Shown here: in pieces, positions 1 to 9,742 of the stretch | Numbering within the stretch: position 1 is the stretch's first letter | Layout: each line of letters starts with the position of its first letter | Origin: an uncultured archaeon | GTDB lineage: Archaea > Thermoproteota > EX4484-205 > JAAOZP01 | Assembly (NCBI GenBank): GCA_938045545.1 | Contig: CALIBN010000042.1 | Location: forward strand, 1-47,899 | Direction: 5' to 3' | Length of the DNA stretch: 47,899 nt | Notes under the pieces: model-generated | What the model was told of the DNA's origin: nothing | Databases searched by the model: none | The model's input: the letters and a program-made list of their open reading frames with translations, nothing else | Made by a program: the position numbers and the translations under genes

Positions 1-22
1 TATGATTCGCACACATTGATAT

Positions 23-802
23 TCAGAGTCCCTGTTCTTCTAACAGTCTGTTCACATGCCTATAGTAGTCTTTTCTTCTCAGTTTCATTGCTGCAGCTTC
101 GTCGACAATAATTATCGCATTAGGATGCATTTGCAGTATTGAAGCTGTTATTTGGGATGTTATTGGCCCCTCTACCGTAGCTGCGATAGCGTCAGCTTTT
201 CCCTCGCCGTTTGCTAAAAGTATTATTTTTCTAGCCTCCATAATGGTTCCGCAACCCATCGTGATGGCTAGCCTTGGAACCTCAGCCTCGCTCTTGAAGA
301 AACGAGCATTATCCTTTATTGTTTCCTCTGCAAGAGCTATTATCGTAGTTCTTCCCATCAGAGGGGAGCCGGGCTCATTAAAGGCTATATGGCCATCTCT
401 GCCTATTCCCAAGAGCTGTAGGTCTATTCCCCCTGCTCTCCTGATCTCCTCCTCGTAGTTTTCGCAAAAGGCTTTGATATCTTTTGCAAGACCATCAGGT
501 ATGTGAACGTTTCTGGGGTTAATATTAATATGGTTAAACAGGTTTTCAAACATGAAGTAATGGTAGCTTTGAGGATGAGTGGGGGCCAAACCATAGTACT
601 CGTCGAGGTTAAAGGTCACTACCTTCGAGAAGTCTAATCCCTCCTCCCTATGCATTCTGATAAGCTCCTTATAGGTGCCGAGCGGCGTGCTTCCAGTAGC
701 TAGGCCGAGGACAGAATTCGGTTTCCTCTTTATCTGCTCAGCTATTATTTTCGCTGCTCTCTTGCTCATTTCCTCGTAATTTTCTGTAATTATTACTCTC
801 AT
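23..802 (-). CDS. nagB: Glucosamine-6-phosphate deaminase
   Basis: Motifs LGLATGSTP, TFNLDEY, LGIGRDGHIAFNEPG and ASILQMHP are characteristic of NagB. Confidence 0.95.
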   Translation of the reverse strand: MRVIITENYEEMSKRAAKIIAEQIKRKPNSVLGLATGSTPLGTYKELIRMHREEGLDFSKVVTFNLDEYYGLAPTHPQSYHYFMFENLFNHININPRNVHIPDGLAKDIKAFCENYEEEIRRAGGIDLQLLGIGRDGHIAFNEPGSPLMGRTTIIALAEETIKDNARFFKSEAEVPRLAITMGCGTIMEARKIILLANGEGKADAIAATVEGPITSQITASILQMHPNAIIIVDEAAAMKLRRKDYYRHVNRLLEEQGL

Positions 803-915
803 TCCATCCTTGAGTTTTTGAAAGGACTTTATAAGGCTAACTCTCCATAGGCTTCTCTATTTTGCAGCGTATAAACTCTTTTAAGCTAATTATCCGTATA
901 GAACTCAGAGGGTGT

Positions 916-1992
916 TTGAGGATAGTTGCAACAGGAATCAGTGGCAGCGGCCGAGAGACTCATCTCAGAAGGTTCGTCGAGTTCGCGAAGGCAAGGAATA
1001 CCGAGGTTAAGCTTTTCTCTGTTGGCAGCATGATGTTTGAAGCAGCTAGGAAACTCGGCGTCGAGATAAAGGAGGATAAGATACTTGACCTGTCTCCCTC
1101 CTCCTTGAACTTTCTGAGGGCCACGGTTTTCGAGCAAATCATTAGGGAGGCGGAAAACTACGAGAACATCGTAATAAGTACGCATGCCTGCTTCAGATGG
1201 AAAAAACATGTTTTCCAAGCATTCGACTTTCACTATCTTAACGAGCTCTCCCCCGACGCTTTCATAATAATCTCGGACTCCGCGTTACCCATAAAAATAA
1301 GACTTGAATCCTCGACGCAATGGAGGGGGCGTCTTACTCTTAAAGAAATACTCGTTTGGAGAGATGAGGAAACCCTCCTAACTAAGAGCATTGCAGACTA
1401 TCGTAGAAAGCCCTTCTACATTGTTCCATTCTCCTCCCCGCCAGAAACCCTTTTCAACCTCATGTTTAAACAGCATTCAAAGAAAGCATACCTTAGCTAT
1501 CCTATAACACACATAGAGGACCGGGAGGCTAAGCTTGCTGATAAAGACCGGTTTAAAAACAGGCTTAGAACACTTGGTTTAACTGTGTTCGACCCGGGTG
1601 AAATAGAAGACTCCCTCCTGCTCTCCAAGCTTAAGGAGCTAAAGGATACTGGAGGGGAAAAGCTGGTAGTTGAGGAGAATGGCGTTAAAATAGAGATTCG
1701 CATAAGCGAAATCGAAGATGTTGTCGAAGACCTGCTCGACCAGATCGTTGCAAGAGACTACCAGCTCATAGACCAGAGTGATTTCCTCGTAGTCTACTAT
1801 TTCTCGCAAGTAATGTCGCCCGGCGTACTCTCCGAAATGACGTATGGTTTCAGCAATAATAAGAAGGTGTTCGTAGTTTACAAGGGGCCTGAAAGCCCGT
1901 TTTTCAACTACTATTCGACAAGAATATTCGAATCCGAAGAAGCCCTGATAGACTTTATGGGTAGGGAAGGCATGATAACGGAAAAACCTTAA
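916..1992 (+). CDS. Adenylate-kinase-like P-loop domain fused to a C-terminal nucleoside 2-deoxyribosyltransferase-like domain
   Basis: N-terminal TGISGSGR P-loop variant and ISTHA motif of archaeal AK-like proteins. C-terminal YLSYP...FDPG...RDYQLIDQSD...SPGVLSEM resembles the NDT fold. Start placed at TTG 916 rather than the track's 862. Confidence 0.65.
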   Translation: MRIVATGISGSGRETHLRRFVEFAKARNTEVKLFSVGSMMFEAARKLGVEIKEDKILDLSPSSLNFLRATVFEQIIREAENYENIVISTHACFRWKKHVFQAFDFHYLNELSPDAFIIISDSALPIKIRLESSTQWRGRLTLKEILVWRDEETLLTKSIADYRRKPFYIVPFSSPPETLFNLMFKQHSKKAYLSYPITHIEDREAKLADKDRFKNRLRTLGLTVFDPGEIEDSLLLSKLKELKDTGGEKLVVEENGVKIEIRISEIEDVVEDLLDQIVARDYQLIDQSDFLVVYYFSQVMSPGVLSEMTYGFSNNKKVFVVYKGPESPFFNYYSTRIFESEEALIDFMGREGMITEKP

Positions 1993-2057
1993 ACGACAAA
2001 ATTTATTAGGAGACCGAGACAAAATACGCTTGAAAGCCCTGCCAAAAACAGGTGGCT

Positions 2058-2158
2058 GCGGAGGTCGCCAAGCCTGGTCAAACAGGCACGAGGCTAGAGG
2101 CGCGAGGCTCAGGACCTCGTCCCGAAGGGGTTCGTGGGTTCAAATCCCACCCTCCGCA
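2058..2158 (+). tRNA. tRNA-Leu(CAG) with 16-nt D-loop intron (2082-2097)
   Basis: Acceptor stem GCGGAGG/CCTCCGC, anticodon arm CGAGG-CTCAGGA-CCTCG, long variable arm, T-loop TTCAAAT. BHB GGTC-AAA...GGCT-AGA. Mature length 85 nt. Confidence 0.93.
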
Positions 2159-2197
2159 CTTCTCTAGACTAACCATACAGTAACCTCGTAGCGCGCG

Positions 2198-2373
2198 CTG
2201 CATTTTGAGGCGGGCCACGCTGCCTAAAACATATGCCTGCAAGCAGTAGCCTTGAACCTGGGACTTGTAACTGTCGGCGCCTTTTACGATGAACAGGTTA
2301 AGACCATCCTGAGTCTTCCGGTTGAAGAGCAACCGCTCTACATCATACCTTACCTGTAGGACGGAAACCGTAG
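2198..2373 (+). pseudogene. C-terminal remnant of a SagB/ThcOx-type nitroreductase-family gene
   Basis: Manual translation LHFEAGHAA*NICLQAVALNLGLVTVGAFYDEQVKTILSLPVEEQPLYIIP..GRK matches the family C-terminus. It has an in-frame TAA and a frameshift near 2350. Confidence 0.75.
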
Positions 2374-2517
2374 CCGCCCCTTGATTCACGGTCCGTCATT
2401 TTTCCCATCCTTTACCAGTTGATAGCTCAGTAAGTCGAGGACAGCTTTAAATTCTAAATCAGAATCCGTATTAAATAGTTTAAATATGAGTTTTAAGAAA
2501 GGACATTCAGACGTCCA

Positions 2518-4905
2518 ATGAGAGGGTTGGAAAATAGGTTCTCGGTCTTCAAAATGCTTTTGGCATTATGCATTTTTTCTTTAAGTCTTCAGACAGGCCT
2601 GCCAAAAACCAGTTTAAACCCGGCGAAAGTAGAATCAGCGCTCTTGCTTCCTCTTCTTCCAGTGTCCATGCTTGCCTTGTTGACGCAAACTTCAGAAGAA
2701 ACAGAAAAGTCAAGAAAGATCATAGCAGGAGTCATTATTATAGTTGTAACCGTAATATGCGTTTACTTCACGGTTACTTTTATAACTCTGCCTCCTCCAT
2801 CTCAACCTCCTCCTCCAACAGCACCGTATCGTAACCCGGATCTCTCGCCCGAGGAGAGGGCTCTCGACCTCCTTTCACGAATGACGCTTGACGAGAAAAT
2901 CGGTCAAATGACTCTGCCAGACCGGCAATCAATAAGCCACATTTCAGACATATCTACTTACAATCTAGGTGGGCTTTTGAGCGGCGGAGGATCATGTCCT
3001 GTTCCTAATGTTCCTTACAACTGGGCTAAGATGTACAACGAGTATCAAAGGCAGGCTGTTGAAGGGACACGATTAGGGATCCCGATTCTCTACGGTATTG
3101 ACGCTGTTCACGGGCATAACAATGTTTACGGGGCTGTGATTTTCCCCCATAATGTTGGAATGGGAGCAACATGGAACCCTGAACTGGTAGAGGAGTGCGC
3201 CCGCATCACGGCTATCGAGGTGAGGGCCACGGGCATCCGCTGGACTTTCTCACCGTGCATCGACGTTGCGAGGGACGACCGGTGGGGCAGAACATACGAG
3301 TCGTTCAGCGAAGACCCATATCTGGTTAAGATAATGGCGATGAGCGCAGTTAAAGGATACCAGGGCGACGGGCTTGACCGTGATGATACTGTTTTGGCTA
3401 CGGCTAAGCATTACATGGGCTCAGGTGGGACCATGAATGGCAGAGATCAGGGGGATTTCCAAGGGCCGCTGAGAATACTCCGGGAAAAGCATCTCGAGCC
3501 ATTCATAGGTGCGGTTAACGCTGGAGTAGGGTCAGTAATGGCTTCTTACTGCAGTATTAACGGTGAGAAGATACATGGTAGTAAATTCTTCCTGACTGAT
3601 GTTTTAAAGAAGGAGCTGGGGTTTAAAGGCTTGCTGGTCTCCGACTGGGAGGCAATAGGCCAGGTCGACCAGTCCTATAGGAATGCGGTTAAGAAAAGCA
3701 TTGAAGCGGGGATAGATATGGCAATGGTTCCAAGCACCTGGAAACTGTTTCAAGCCACTCTCAAAGACCTTGTTAACAGTGGCGAGATCCCGGTGAGCAG
3801 AATAGACGAGGCGGTTTACAGGATTCTAGTGGTTAAATTTCGTCTAGGCCTATTCGAGAATCCTTATGTGGATGAAAGCCTTTCCTCAATCGTCGGTAAT
3901 GCTGCGCATAGAGGGGTTGCACGGCGTGCAGTCCAGGAAAGCATAGTGCTGCTGAAGAACAACGGTATCCTTCCAATACCTAAAAACGTGAGCACGATCT
4001 TTGTTGCAGGCCCTAATGCAAACGATATTGGGAACCAATGCGGCGGTTGGACGATCACTTGGCAGGGTGGCAGCGGCGATACTACGATTGGAACAACCAT
4101 TCTGGAGGCCATCAGGAAAACAGTTTCCCCAGCCACCGTTGTCATTTTTGACGAGAATGCTAGTAATGTAGCCGGTCCCTATGATGTCGGGGTCGTTGTA
4201 GTTGGCGAAACCCCCTACGCTGAATATTTAGGCGATAGGGAGAGCCTAGACCTGTCCGAGGAGCAGCTTAAGATAATAGACAGGGTGGTTGCCTCCGGGA
4301 CTCCGACAGTCGTTATAATGGTTGCCGGCCGACCCTTAACAGGCATAGAAAACAGGTTGCCAGAGTGGAGCGCTTTCCTAATGGCTTGGCTCCCAGGTAC
4401 AGAAGGCCAGGGTGTTGCGGACGTTTTATTCGGCGACTATAACCCTAGTGGAAAGCTGCCGCGCTCATGGCCCAGGTCCACTGCCCAAGAACCATTAAAC
4501 TATGATCATCCGCCCGATGAGGAGTATGACCCGCTTTTCGAGTTTGGGTATGGGCTCAGCTACACGAAGTTCGAATACAGTTGTCTAAATATTACTCCAG
4601 CAGAACCGTTCTTGACAAGCACAATCACGATTAGCGTGAACGTTAGTAACACGGGGGCTCGTGAGGGTAGTGAAGTAGTTCAGGTTTATGTAAGCGATGT
4701 TGAAACCAGTCTACCAACGCCTGTTAAAAAGCTATACCGCTTCCAAAAGATAATGCTTCAACCAGGCGAGACGCAAACAGTAAGCTTCACCATCCCTGTC
4801 TACGAACTAGGCTTCTACACGGACGGCCCGGAGAAAACTGTTGAAGAGGGAGTATTCATAGTGACTGTAGGAGGATTGACCACAAGCTTCAAAGTAAGGA
4901 AATAG
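2518..4905 (+). CDS. Membrane-anchored glycoside hydrolase family 3 (beta-glucosidase-like) with Fn3-like C-terminus
   Basis: Motifs MTLDEKIGQM, DAVHG, WGRTYE, AKHY and the nucleophile motif VSDW. N-terminal TM segment followed by a Pro-rich linker. Start uncertain. Confidence 0.93.
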   Translation: MRGLENRFSVFKMLLALCIFSLSLQTGLPKTSLNPAKVESALLLPLLPVSMLALLTQTSEETEKSRKIIAGVIIIVVTVICVYFTVTFITLPPPSQPPPPTAPYRNPDLSPEERALDLLSRMTLDEKIGQMTLPDRQSISHISDISTYNLGGLLSGGGSCPVPNVPYNWAKMYNEYQRQAVEGTRLGIPILYGIDAVHGHNNVYGAVIFPHNVGMGATWNPELVEECARITAIEVRATGIRWTFSPCIDVARDDRWGRTYESFSEDPYLVKIMAMSAVKGYQGDGLDRDDTVLATAKHYMGSGGTMNGRDQGDFQGPLRILREKHLEPFIGAVNAGVGSVMASYCSINGEKIHGSKFFLTDVLKKELGFKGLLVSDWEAIGQVDQSYRNAVKKSIEAGIDMAMVPSTWKLFQATLKDLVNSGEIPVSRIDEAVYRILVVKFRLGLFENPYVDESLSSIVGNAAHRGVARRAVQESIVLLKNNGILPIPKNVSTIFVAGPNANDIGNQCGGWTITWQGGSGDTTIGTTILEAIRKTVSPATVVIFDENASNVAGPYDVGVVVVGETPYAEYLGDRESLDLSEEQLKIIDRVVASGTPTVVIMVAGRPLTGIENRLPEWSAFLMAWLPGTEGQGVADVLFGDYNPSGKLPRSWPRSTAQEPLNYDHPPDEEYDPLFEFGYGLSYTKFEYSCLNITPAEPFLTSTITISVNVSNTGAREGSEVVQVYVSDVETSLPTPVKKLYRFQKIMLQPGETQTVSFTIPVYELGFYTDGPEKTVEEGVFIVTVGGLTTSFKVRK

Positions 4906-4969
4906 GCTTTTCAAGCGTAGTCCTTAAATACATGGTTTCAGCCCCTTTTTAGTCACCAAGTGGAGCTGG

Positions 4970-5791
4970 TTGACTCGTAAACCCGACGTCGTGGTTAAAA
5001 TCGGCACAAGCGTGCTCACAAACTCTAAAGGCTGGATCAGCGAAGCGAGAGTCAAGGAAATAGTTAGGCAGATTGCGGAAAACAGGAGCAAGATGAAGTC
5101 GGTGGTTATAGTTACTTCCGGGGCTATTGCAACGGGCTTGTCAAAGCTTAAGATAGAATCGTCCCCTGGCAGTTTGAAGCTTACGATGAAACAGGTTTGC
5201 GCAGCCATAGGGCAGCCAACCCTGATGGCACTATACACGAAATATTTCAACAAGTATGGAATAAACACTGCTCAAATACTTCTTACCGAGGAAGATTTGG
5301 CGAACAAGTATCGCTACAAGAATTTTTGGCGAACACTATCTGCTCTAATGGAACAGGGCGTGGTTCCAATTATAAACGAGAACGACGCCATCTCTGTTAA
5401 AGAGCTTGTTCCAATAAACCCCTACGTGCCTGACTCCGTCAGGTTCGGAGATAATGATAGGCTTTCAGCCATCATAGCTTCGAAAATAGGTGCCGACCTG
5501 CTGATAATGCTGACTGATGTCGACGGGTTCATGATGCCTACTAAAAACGGCGTCAAAATTGTTAAGGAGCTTAGAAAAGTTAACAGGAGGATTCTTTCTT
5601 TCGCAGGGTCCCCGGGTGCTCTGGGTAGAGGCGGCATGCTTTCCAAACTTCAGGCGGCAGCAATAGCCTCTAGATCAGGGGTCACGACGGTGATAGCTAA
5701 CGGTTTTAAGAGAAACATTATAACGAAAATACTGAACGGTGAAAACGCTGGCACCGTAGTTCGCCCGCTGCGGAAAAGGTTTAAATCTTAA
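4970..5791 (+). CDS. proB: Glutamate 5-kinase (no PUA domain)
   Basis: VVKIGTS, VTSGA, AAIGQ, INEND, FGDND, GGMLSKL; adjacent to proA. Confidence 0.95.
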   Translation: MTRKPDVVVKIGTSVLTNSKGWISEARVKEIVRQIAENRSKMKSVVIVTSGAIATGLSKLKIESSPGSLKLTMKQVCAAIGQPTLMALYTKYFNKYGINTAQILLTEEDLANKYRYKNFWRTLSALMEQGVVPIINENDAISVKELVPINPYVPDSVRFGDNDRLSAIIASKIGADLLIMLTDVDGFMMPTKNGVKIVKELRKVNRRILSFAGSPGALGRGGMLSKLQAAAIASRSGVTTVIANGFKRNIITKILNGENAGTVVRPLRKRFKS

Positions 5792-5813
5792 GAAAAGTTT
5801 CTTCAACACTGCG

Positions 5814-7067
5814 TTGAGCATGGAGGAGGTTGTGGAAAAATCCAGAAAGGCTAAAGAGGCTTCTCTGAAGCTCGGAGTGGCTCCGACACCTGTTAAAAAC
5901 GCCGCGCTGGAAAAGATGGCTGAACAAATCGAAAAACATGAGGGAGAAATAATACGGGAGAACAGGAAGGATGTTGAAGCAGCGGAGGCCAGAGGCGCCT
6001 CCTCCTCTCTGATAGACAGGCTGCTGCTAAACGAAAAACGAGTCAGGGAAATGGCTGAGGGCCTCCGCCAAGTTGCTTCCCTACCAGACCCGGTTGGGGA
6101 AATAGTTGAGGGGTGGAGGACTAGACACGGCTTAGAAATAAGGAAGGTCCGTGTGCCGCTTGGGGTTATTGGAGTTATATATGAGGCCAGGCCCAACGTT
6201 ACAGTAGACATAACTGGCTTAGCGTTAAAGGCTGGTAACGCTGTTGTCCTCAGAGGAGGCTCGGAAGCATTAAACTCGAACAAAATACTGGTGGAAATAA
6301 TGAGGGATGCTGTGAAAAAACTTGTCGACCCTGAGGCAATACAACTAATAGAGAACCCCAGCAGAGAGCTCGTCGGCTTACTCCTGAAACAGGACAAGTA
6401 TATAGACGTTATAATCCCGAGGGGAAGCGCCCAGTTCATAAGGTTCGTCAAGGAAAACTCGTTAATACCCGTGATTGAAACCGGAGCCGGCAACTGCCAT
6501 ATCTTCGTGAACTGGGATGCTGACCTAGAAATGGCCACCCGGATAATAGTGAACGCTAAGGTTCAAAGGCCCGCGGTATGCAACGCTGTTAGGAAAGTCT
6601 TGGTTCACAGTAAGATAGCGGAGAAGTATCTTCCAAAGCTGGTTGACACTCTGAGAGGCTACAACGTCGCGATCAAAGGATGTGAAAGGAGCAGGACGAT
6701 AATTCCAACTTTGGTTGAAGCTACTGAGGAAGACTGGTACGAGGAATACATGGATCTGACGCTTGCCGTCAAAATAGTGGACAGCGTGGAGGAAGCTATA
6801 CAGCATATTAACAAGTATGGTTCAAAGCATTCCGACGCAATAATAACTAGCAACCTGCAAGATGCTGAATTATTCACGAGACTAGTAGACTCGTCAACAG
6901 TATACGTCAACGCCTCAACAAGGTTCACCGACGGAGGCCAATTCGGCTTCGGCGCAGAAGTCGGGATAAGCACCCAAAAGCTTCACGCGAGGGGACCAAT
7001 GGGCCTTAGAGAAATCACCACGACGAAATACGTGGTTTACGGCTCCGGGCAGATAAGAGAGATGTAA
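5814..7067 (+). CDS. proA: Gamma-glutamyl phosphate reductase
   Basis: VPLGVIGVIYEARPNVT, CNA, VNASTRFTDG, STQKLHARGP. Confidence 0.96.
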   Translation: MSMEEVVEKSRKAKEASLKLGVAPTPVKNAALEKMAEQIEKHEGEIIRENRKDVEAAEARGASSSLIDRLLLNEKRVREMAEGLRQVASLPDPVGEIVEGWRTRHGLEIRKVRVPLGVIGVIYEARPNVTVDITGLALKAGNAVVLRGGSEALNSNKILVEIMRDAVKKLVDPEAIQLIENPSRELVGLLLKQDKYIDVIIPRGSAQFIRFVKENSLIPVIETGAGNCHIFVNWDADLEMATRIIVNAKVQRPAVCNAVRKVLVHSKIAEKYLPKLVDTLRGYNVAIKGCERSRTIIPTLVEATEEDWYEEYMDLTLAVKIVDSVEEAIQHINKYGSKHSDAIITSNLQDAELFTRLVDSSTVYVNASTRFTDGGQFGFGAEVGISTQKLHARGPMGLREITTTKYVVYGSGQIREM

Positions 7068-7203
7068 ACAGCACGGGCTACGTCTTTTTACAAAATTTTT
7101 AGATGCTCGTCCTCAAGTCAAGCATAAAGCATAAAGACGCGCTTTAGGCATAGCTATCATCTTCTAATTCTAAATTCTTTTCACAACTTATTATTGGGAA
7201 ATG

Positions 7204-7294
7204 TGGGCCAGCCTGGATTTTCGGTGCTCATAACCCTTTCGAACCAGGGCCCCCGCCTCGTAAGAGCGGGATCCTACCTCTAGACTACTGGCCC
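7204..7294 (-). tRNA. tRNA-Val(TAC) with 20-nt T-loop intron (7218-7237, position 59/60)
   Basis: On the reverse complement: GGGCCAG/CTGGCCC acceptor and CCGCT-CTTACGA-GGCGG anticodon arm. BHB TTCG-AAA...CGAA-AAT restores T-loop TTCGAAT. Confidence 0.92.
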
Positions 7295-7356
7295 ATCCCA
7301 AGATAGTATTCTAATGCCTTATATTCTTTTCTCATGAGAATTCCAGAAGATGAGCT

Positions 7357-7633
7357 TTGGGTCTAGGGTTACATGAAGAAGGACCGGATTTCTATGTGTA
7401 TCACAAAGATAGAGCAGTGGTGATAGTTGAGGTCGAAACAACGAGAGTATCTAAAAAATATCCGGATGGTTATCTAAGAAGGGGCAGAGATCAGCTGGAA
7501 GATTATTTTACGGAGGACAAATGGAAGGGTTATGGCTTGAGACACTGAATTCGGAATTCCGATAGCTATATACCTTAAGGGCTTGAATGAGATGATTAGG
7601 ACGATTGTAAGGGCGGAATCGAGTACACCTTAG
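7357..7633 (+). pseudogene. Fragment of a PD-(D/E)xK-fold nuclease-like gene
   Basis: GPDFYV...IVEVETT motif. The reading appears to continue in another frame (FGIPIAIYLK). No convincing N-terminus. Confidence 0.45.
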
Positions 7634-7824
7634 GGGGTATAGTCTAGAACCCAAACCCGGACACCGAATCTTAAGGTAGGGAAAGTTCCCGCTTAAGCAC
7701 GTTTCCCTAAAATGATCAAATTTGTGTCATATGTGACGCAAAAATTTGTAAATCTGGGTCATATGTATACATCTTGATTAAGAAAGAAGGGATTATTTCC
7801 ATACTGTCAGAATGGAACTTTTGG

Positions 7825-8437
7825 CTAAAGCAGTTCGTTATGGATTGAATCGTGCTTTATTGCTGAACAGGATTATTCGACAATTCGATAAATCAGGAAT
7901 AGTGTTTTCCGGCTCTGGTAGCTTCGGTACTGGATAATTACTTGGATTATTAACCAGCGTCTTCCTATGAATGTTTACTGCTTTCGAAACTCTTTCTCCG
8001 CCGCAATTCCTTCCACTACGAATATGCTGACTTTTATCACGTGTTCACAATCCCTTAATTCAGAAACAGGTAATTTAATCCTATCGACGCTGGTTTGAAT
8101 TCCAGAGGCTTTCTTACCCTGCTTGCAGCTTTGACAGCCTGCGGCGGGCCAGACCGGCATACAAGCAATAGTTGGGCCTAGCACCAATTTTCCTCCCTCT
8201 TCTTCAACCGTGTAAGTGTATCCAATCAACTTTACATCACTACCTAAGTCCTTTATCCTAAACTCGACATTGATAGTTATGTAAATTGTAGCATAGTCTC
8301 TCTCTACAGTAATTTTGAGGCAGCCTCCGGCAAAATCTTCTTGAATTGCTTCCATTACTTCATGCGGCTGTGCACCTATGCCCACTAATGAGACTATAAA
8401 AAACGATAAGCATTATTCCCAAAATTATTCTTCTCAT
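7825..8437 (-). pseudogene. Frameshifted secreted protein gene remnant
   Basis: ATG 8437 gives a signal peptide MRRIILGIMLIVF that joins the track's 136-aa ORF if one base of the A6 run at 8398-8403 is removed. A plausible further continuation exists in another frame past 7975. Confidence 0.55.
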
Positions 8438-8866
8438 TTTTTCTCTGCTTTTTATATAGAAACATCCGATATATATTTCGTCTAGACTTTTGTACTATTT
8501 AAAATAAACTTTAAACGGGCATTCCCTTATCTTTATATGCTAGGGAATGGTCTAAGGAGTCTGCAGTAGCCATTTCCATAATGGTTTGCACTTAATATTT
8601 TTCATCTACCTTCATTTGACCATAAAGTTCTCATTGGCAATTTTTCAACCTAACTGTCCACCAGCCTTTATCAGGGCTTCAACTTCTCTTGACTTTCCTT
8701 GTTTTTACTTTAGTGGCTGAGGGTTTAACTATCAAGACTAAAAACGGCGAATTGTCACCCTTATAGAATAGAGGTAGATTTTCGTCGAAAAACATTGCGT
8801 TAGAGAAAACATGGTAAGCTGAGAAACTATGTCTAATAGGGCTTTGGAAAGGGGGAAAGTTTAAAA

Positions 8867-8908
8867 TCCTACTATTTTCAAAAAGTAGGAAAAAATTTAT
8901 ATGTAGGA
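8867..8908 (+). promoter_or_regulatory. vapBC promoter with inverted-repeat operator
   Basis: Perfect inverted repeat TCCTACT(8867-8873)/AGTAGGA(8884-8890), then AAAAA-TTTATA (BRE/TATA, 8891-8901) and a third GTAGGA half-site (8903-8908). ATG lies about 25 nt after the TATA box, suggesting a leaderless transcript. Confidence 0.65.
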
Positions 8909-8926
8909 TTTAGATATTATCATCAA

Positions 8927-9154
8927 ATGAGTTCTATAGTAAAAGTGACGAGAAGGGGACAAACAACAATTCCGGTGAAGCTTAGGAGAAAATATGGAAT
9001 AAAGGAGGGGGATAAACTTTTAATTGAAGAAGCTAAAGAAGGGCTTATAATTAAGATAATACCCAGACTTGAAGAGTTAGCTGGAGTAGACGCAGAGATC
9101 GCAAAACCAGAAGAAGTAAAGAAGGAAATAGAAAAACTTAGAGAGGAGTGGTAG
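8927..9154 (+). CDS. vapB: AbrB/MazE-family antitoxin
   Basis: VKVTRRGQTTIPVKLRRKYGIKEGD is the AbrB signature; immediately upstream of a PIN toxin. Confidence 0.9.
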   Translation: MSSIVKVTRRGQTTIPVKLRRKYGIKEGDKLLIEEAKEGLIIKIIPRLEELAGVDAEIAKPEEVKKEIEKLREEW

Positions 9155-9155
9155 A

Positions 9156-9554
9156 TTGAGGGAAGTGATAGACACAAGATTTCTAATTGAACACTTCTAC
9201 TCCGATGATCCTTATGTGAAGGCCAAGACTTCTAAGAGGCTGAAGGTGCTTACACAACACTCTGAAGGGATAATCCCCACATTAGTATTGGGAGAAATCA
9301 CCAAAATCACATGCGAGAGAAAGGGGAAGGAAGAAGCAAATTTACGTTATTTATCAATTTTAAGAAGCGGCCTTCATATTGAAGAGTTAACGCCTGATGT
9401 AGCTAGAGACGCAGGATTACTTAAATGCCGATACAGAGATATTCCCATGGGTGACTGCGTAGTCGCCTCAATTGCGATTAAGAAAAGAGCAAAAGTTCTC
9501 TCCGACGATCCCCATTTCGACATGATGAAAGAGATAAAACGCATATGGATATGA
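9156..9554 (+). CDS. vapC: PIN-domain VapC toxin
   Basis: VIDT, VLGEI, MGDCVVA and LSDDPHF carry the PIN acidic tetrad. Confidence 0.9.
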   Translation: MREVIDTRFLIEHFYSDDPYVKAKTSKRLKVLTQHSEGIIPTLVLGEITKITCERKGKEEANLRYLSILRSGLHIEELTPDVARDAGLLKCRYRDIPMGDCVVASIAIKKRAKVLSDDPHFDMMKEIKRIWI

Positions 9555-9742
9555 CTTGTACCTAAAGTTACAATATTTCTCTCACAACCCTTATTAACGT
9601 AATACATAGAGAGAAAAGAGCATTTGCTCAAATGAGTTTACAAAGAGTCTATGTACCATCACTGCTGGACAAGATTATGCCGAATTAAGCATAATTGTTA
9701 AATCCGAAAAAATAACAACGCTAAATGACGCGTTGGAGATTA

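Noticed and set aside
2078-2389. 103-aa minus-strand ORF
   Set aside because: It is antisense to tRNA-Leu and the nitroreductase remnant.
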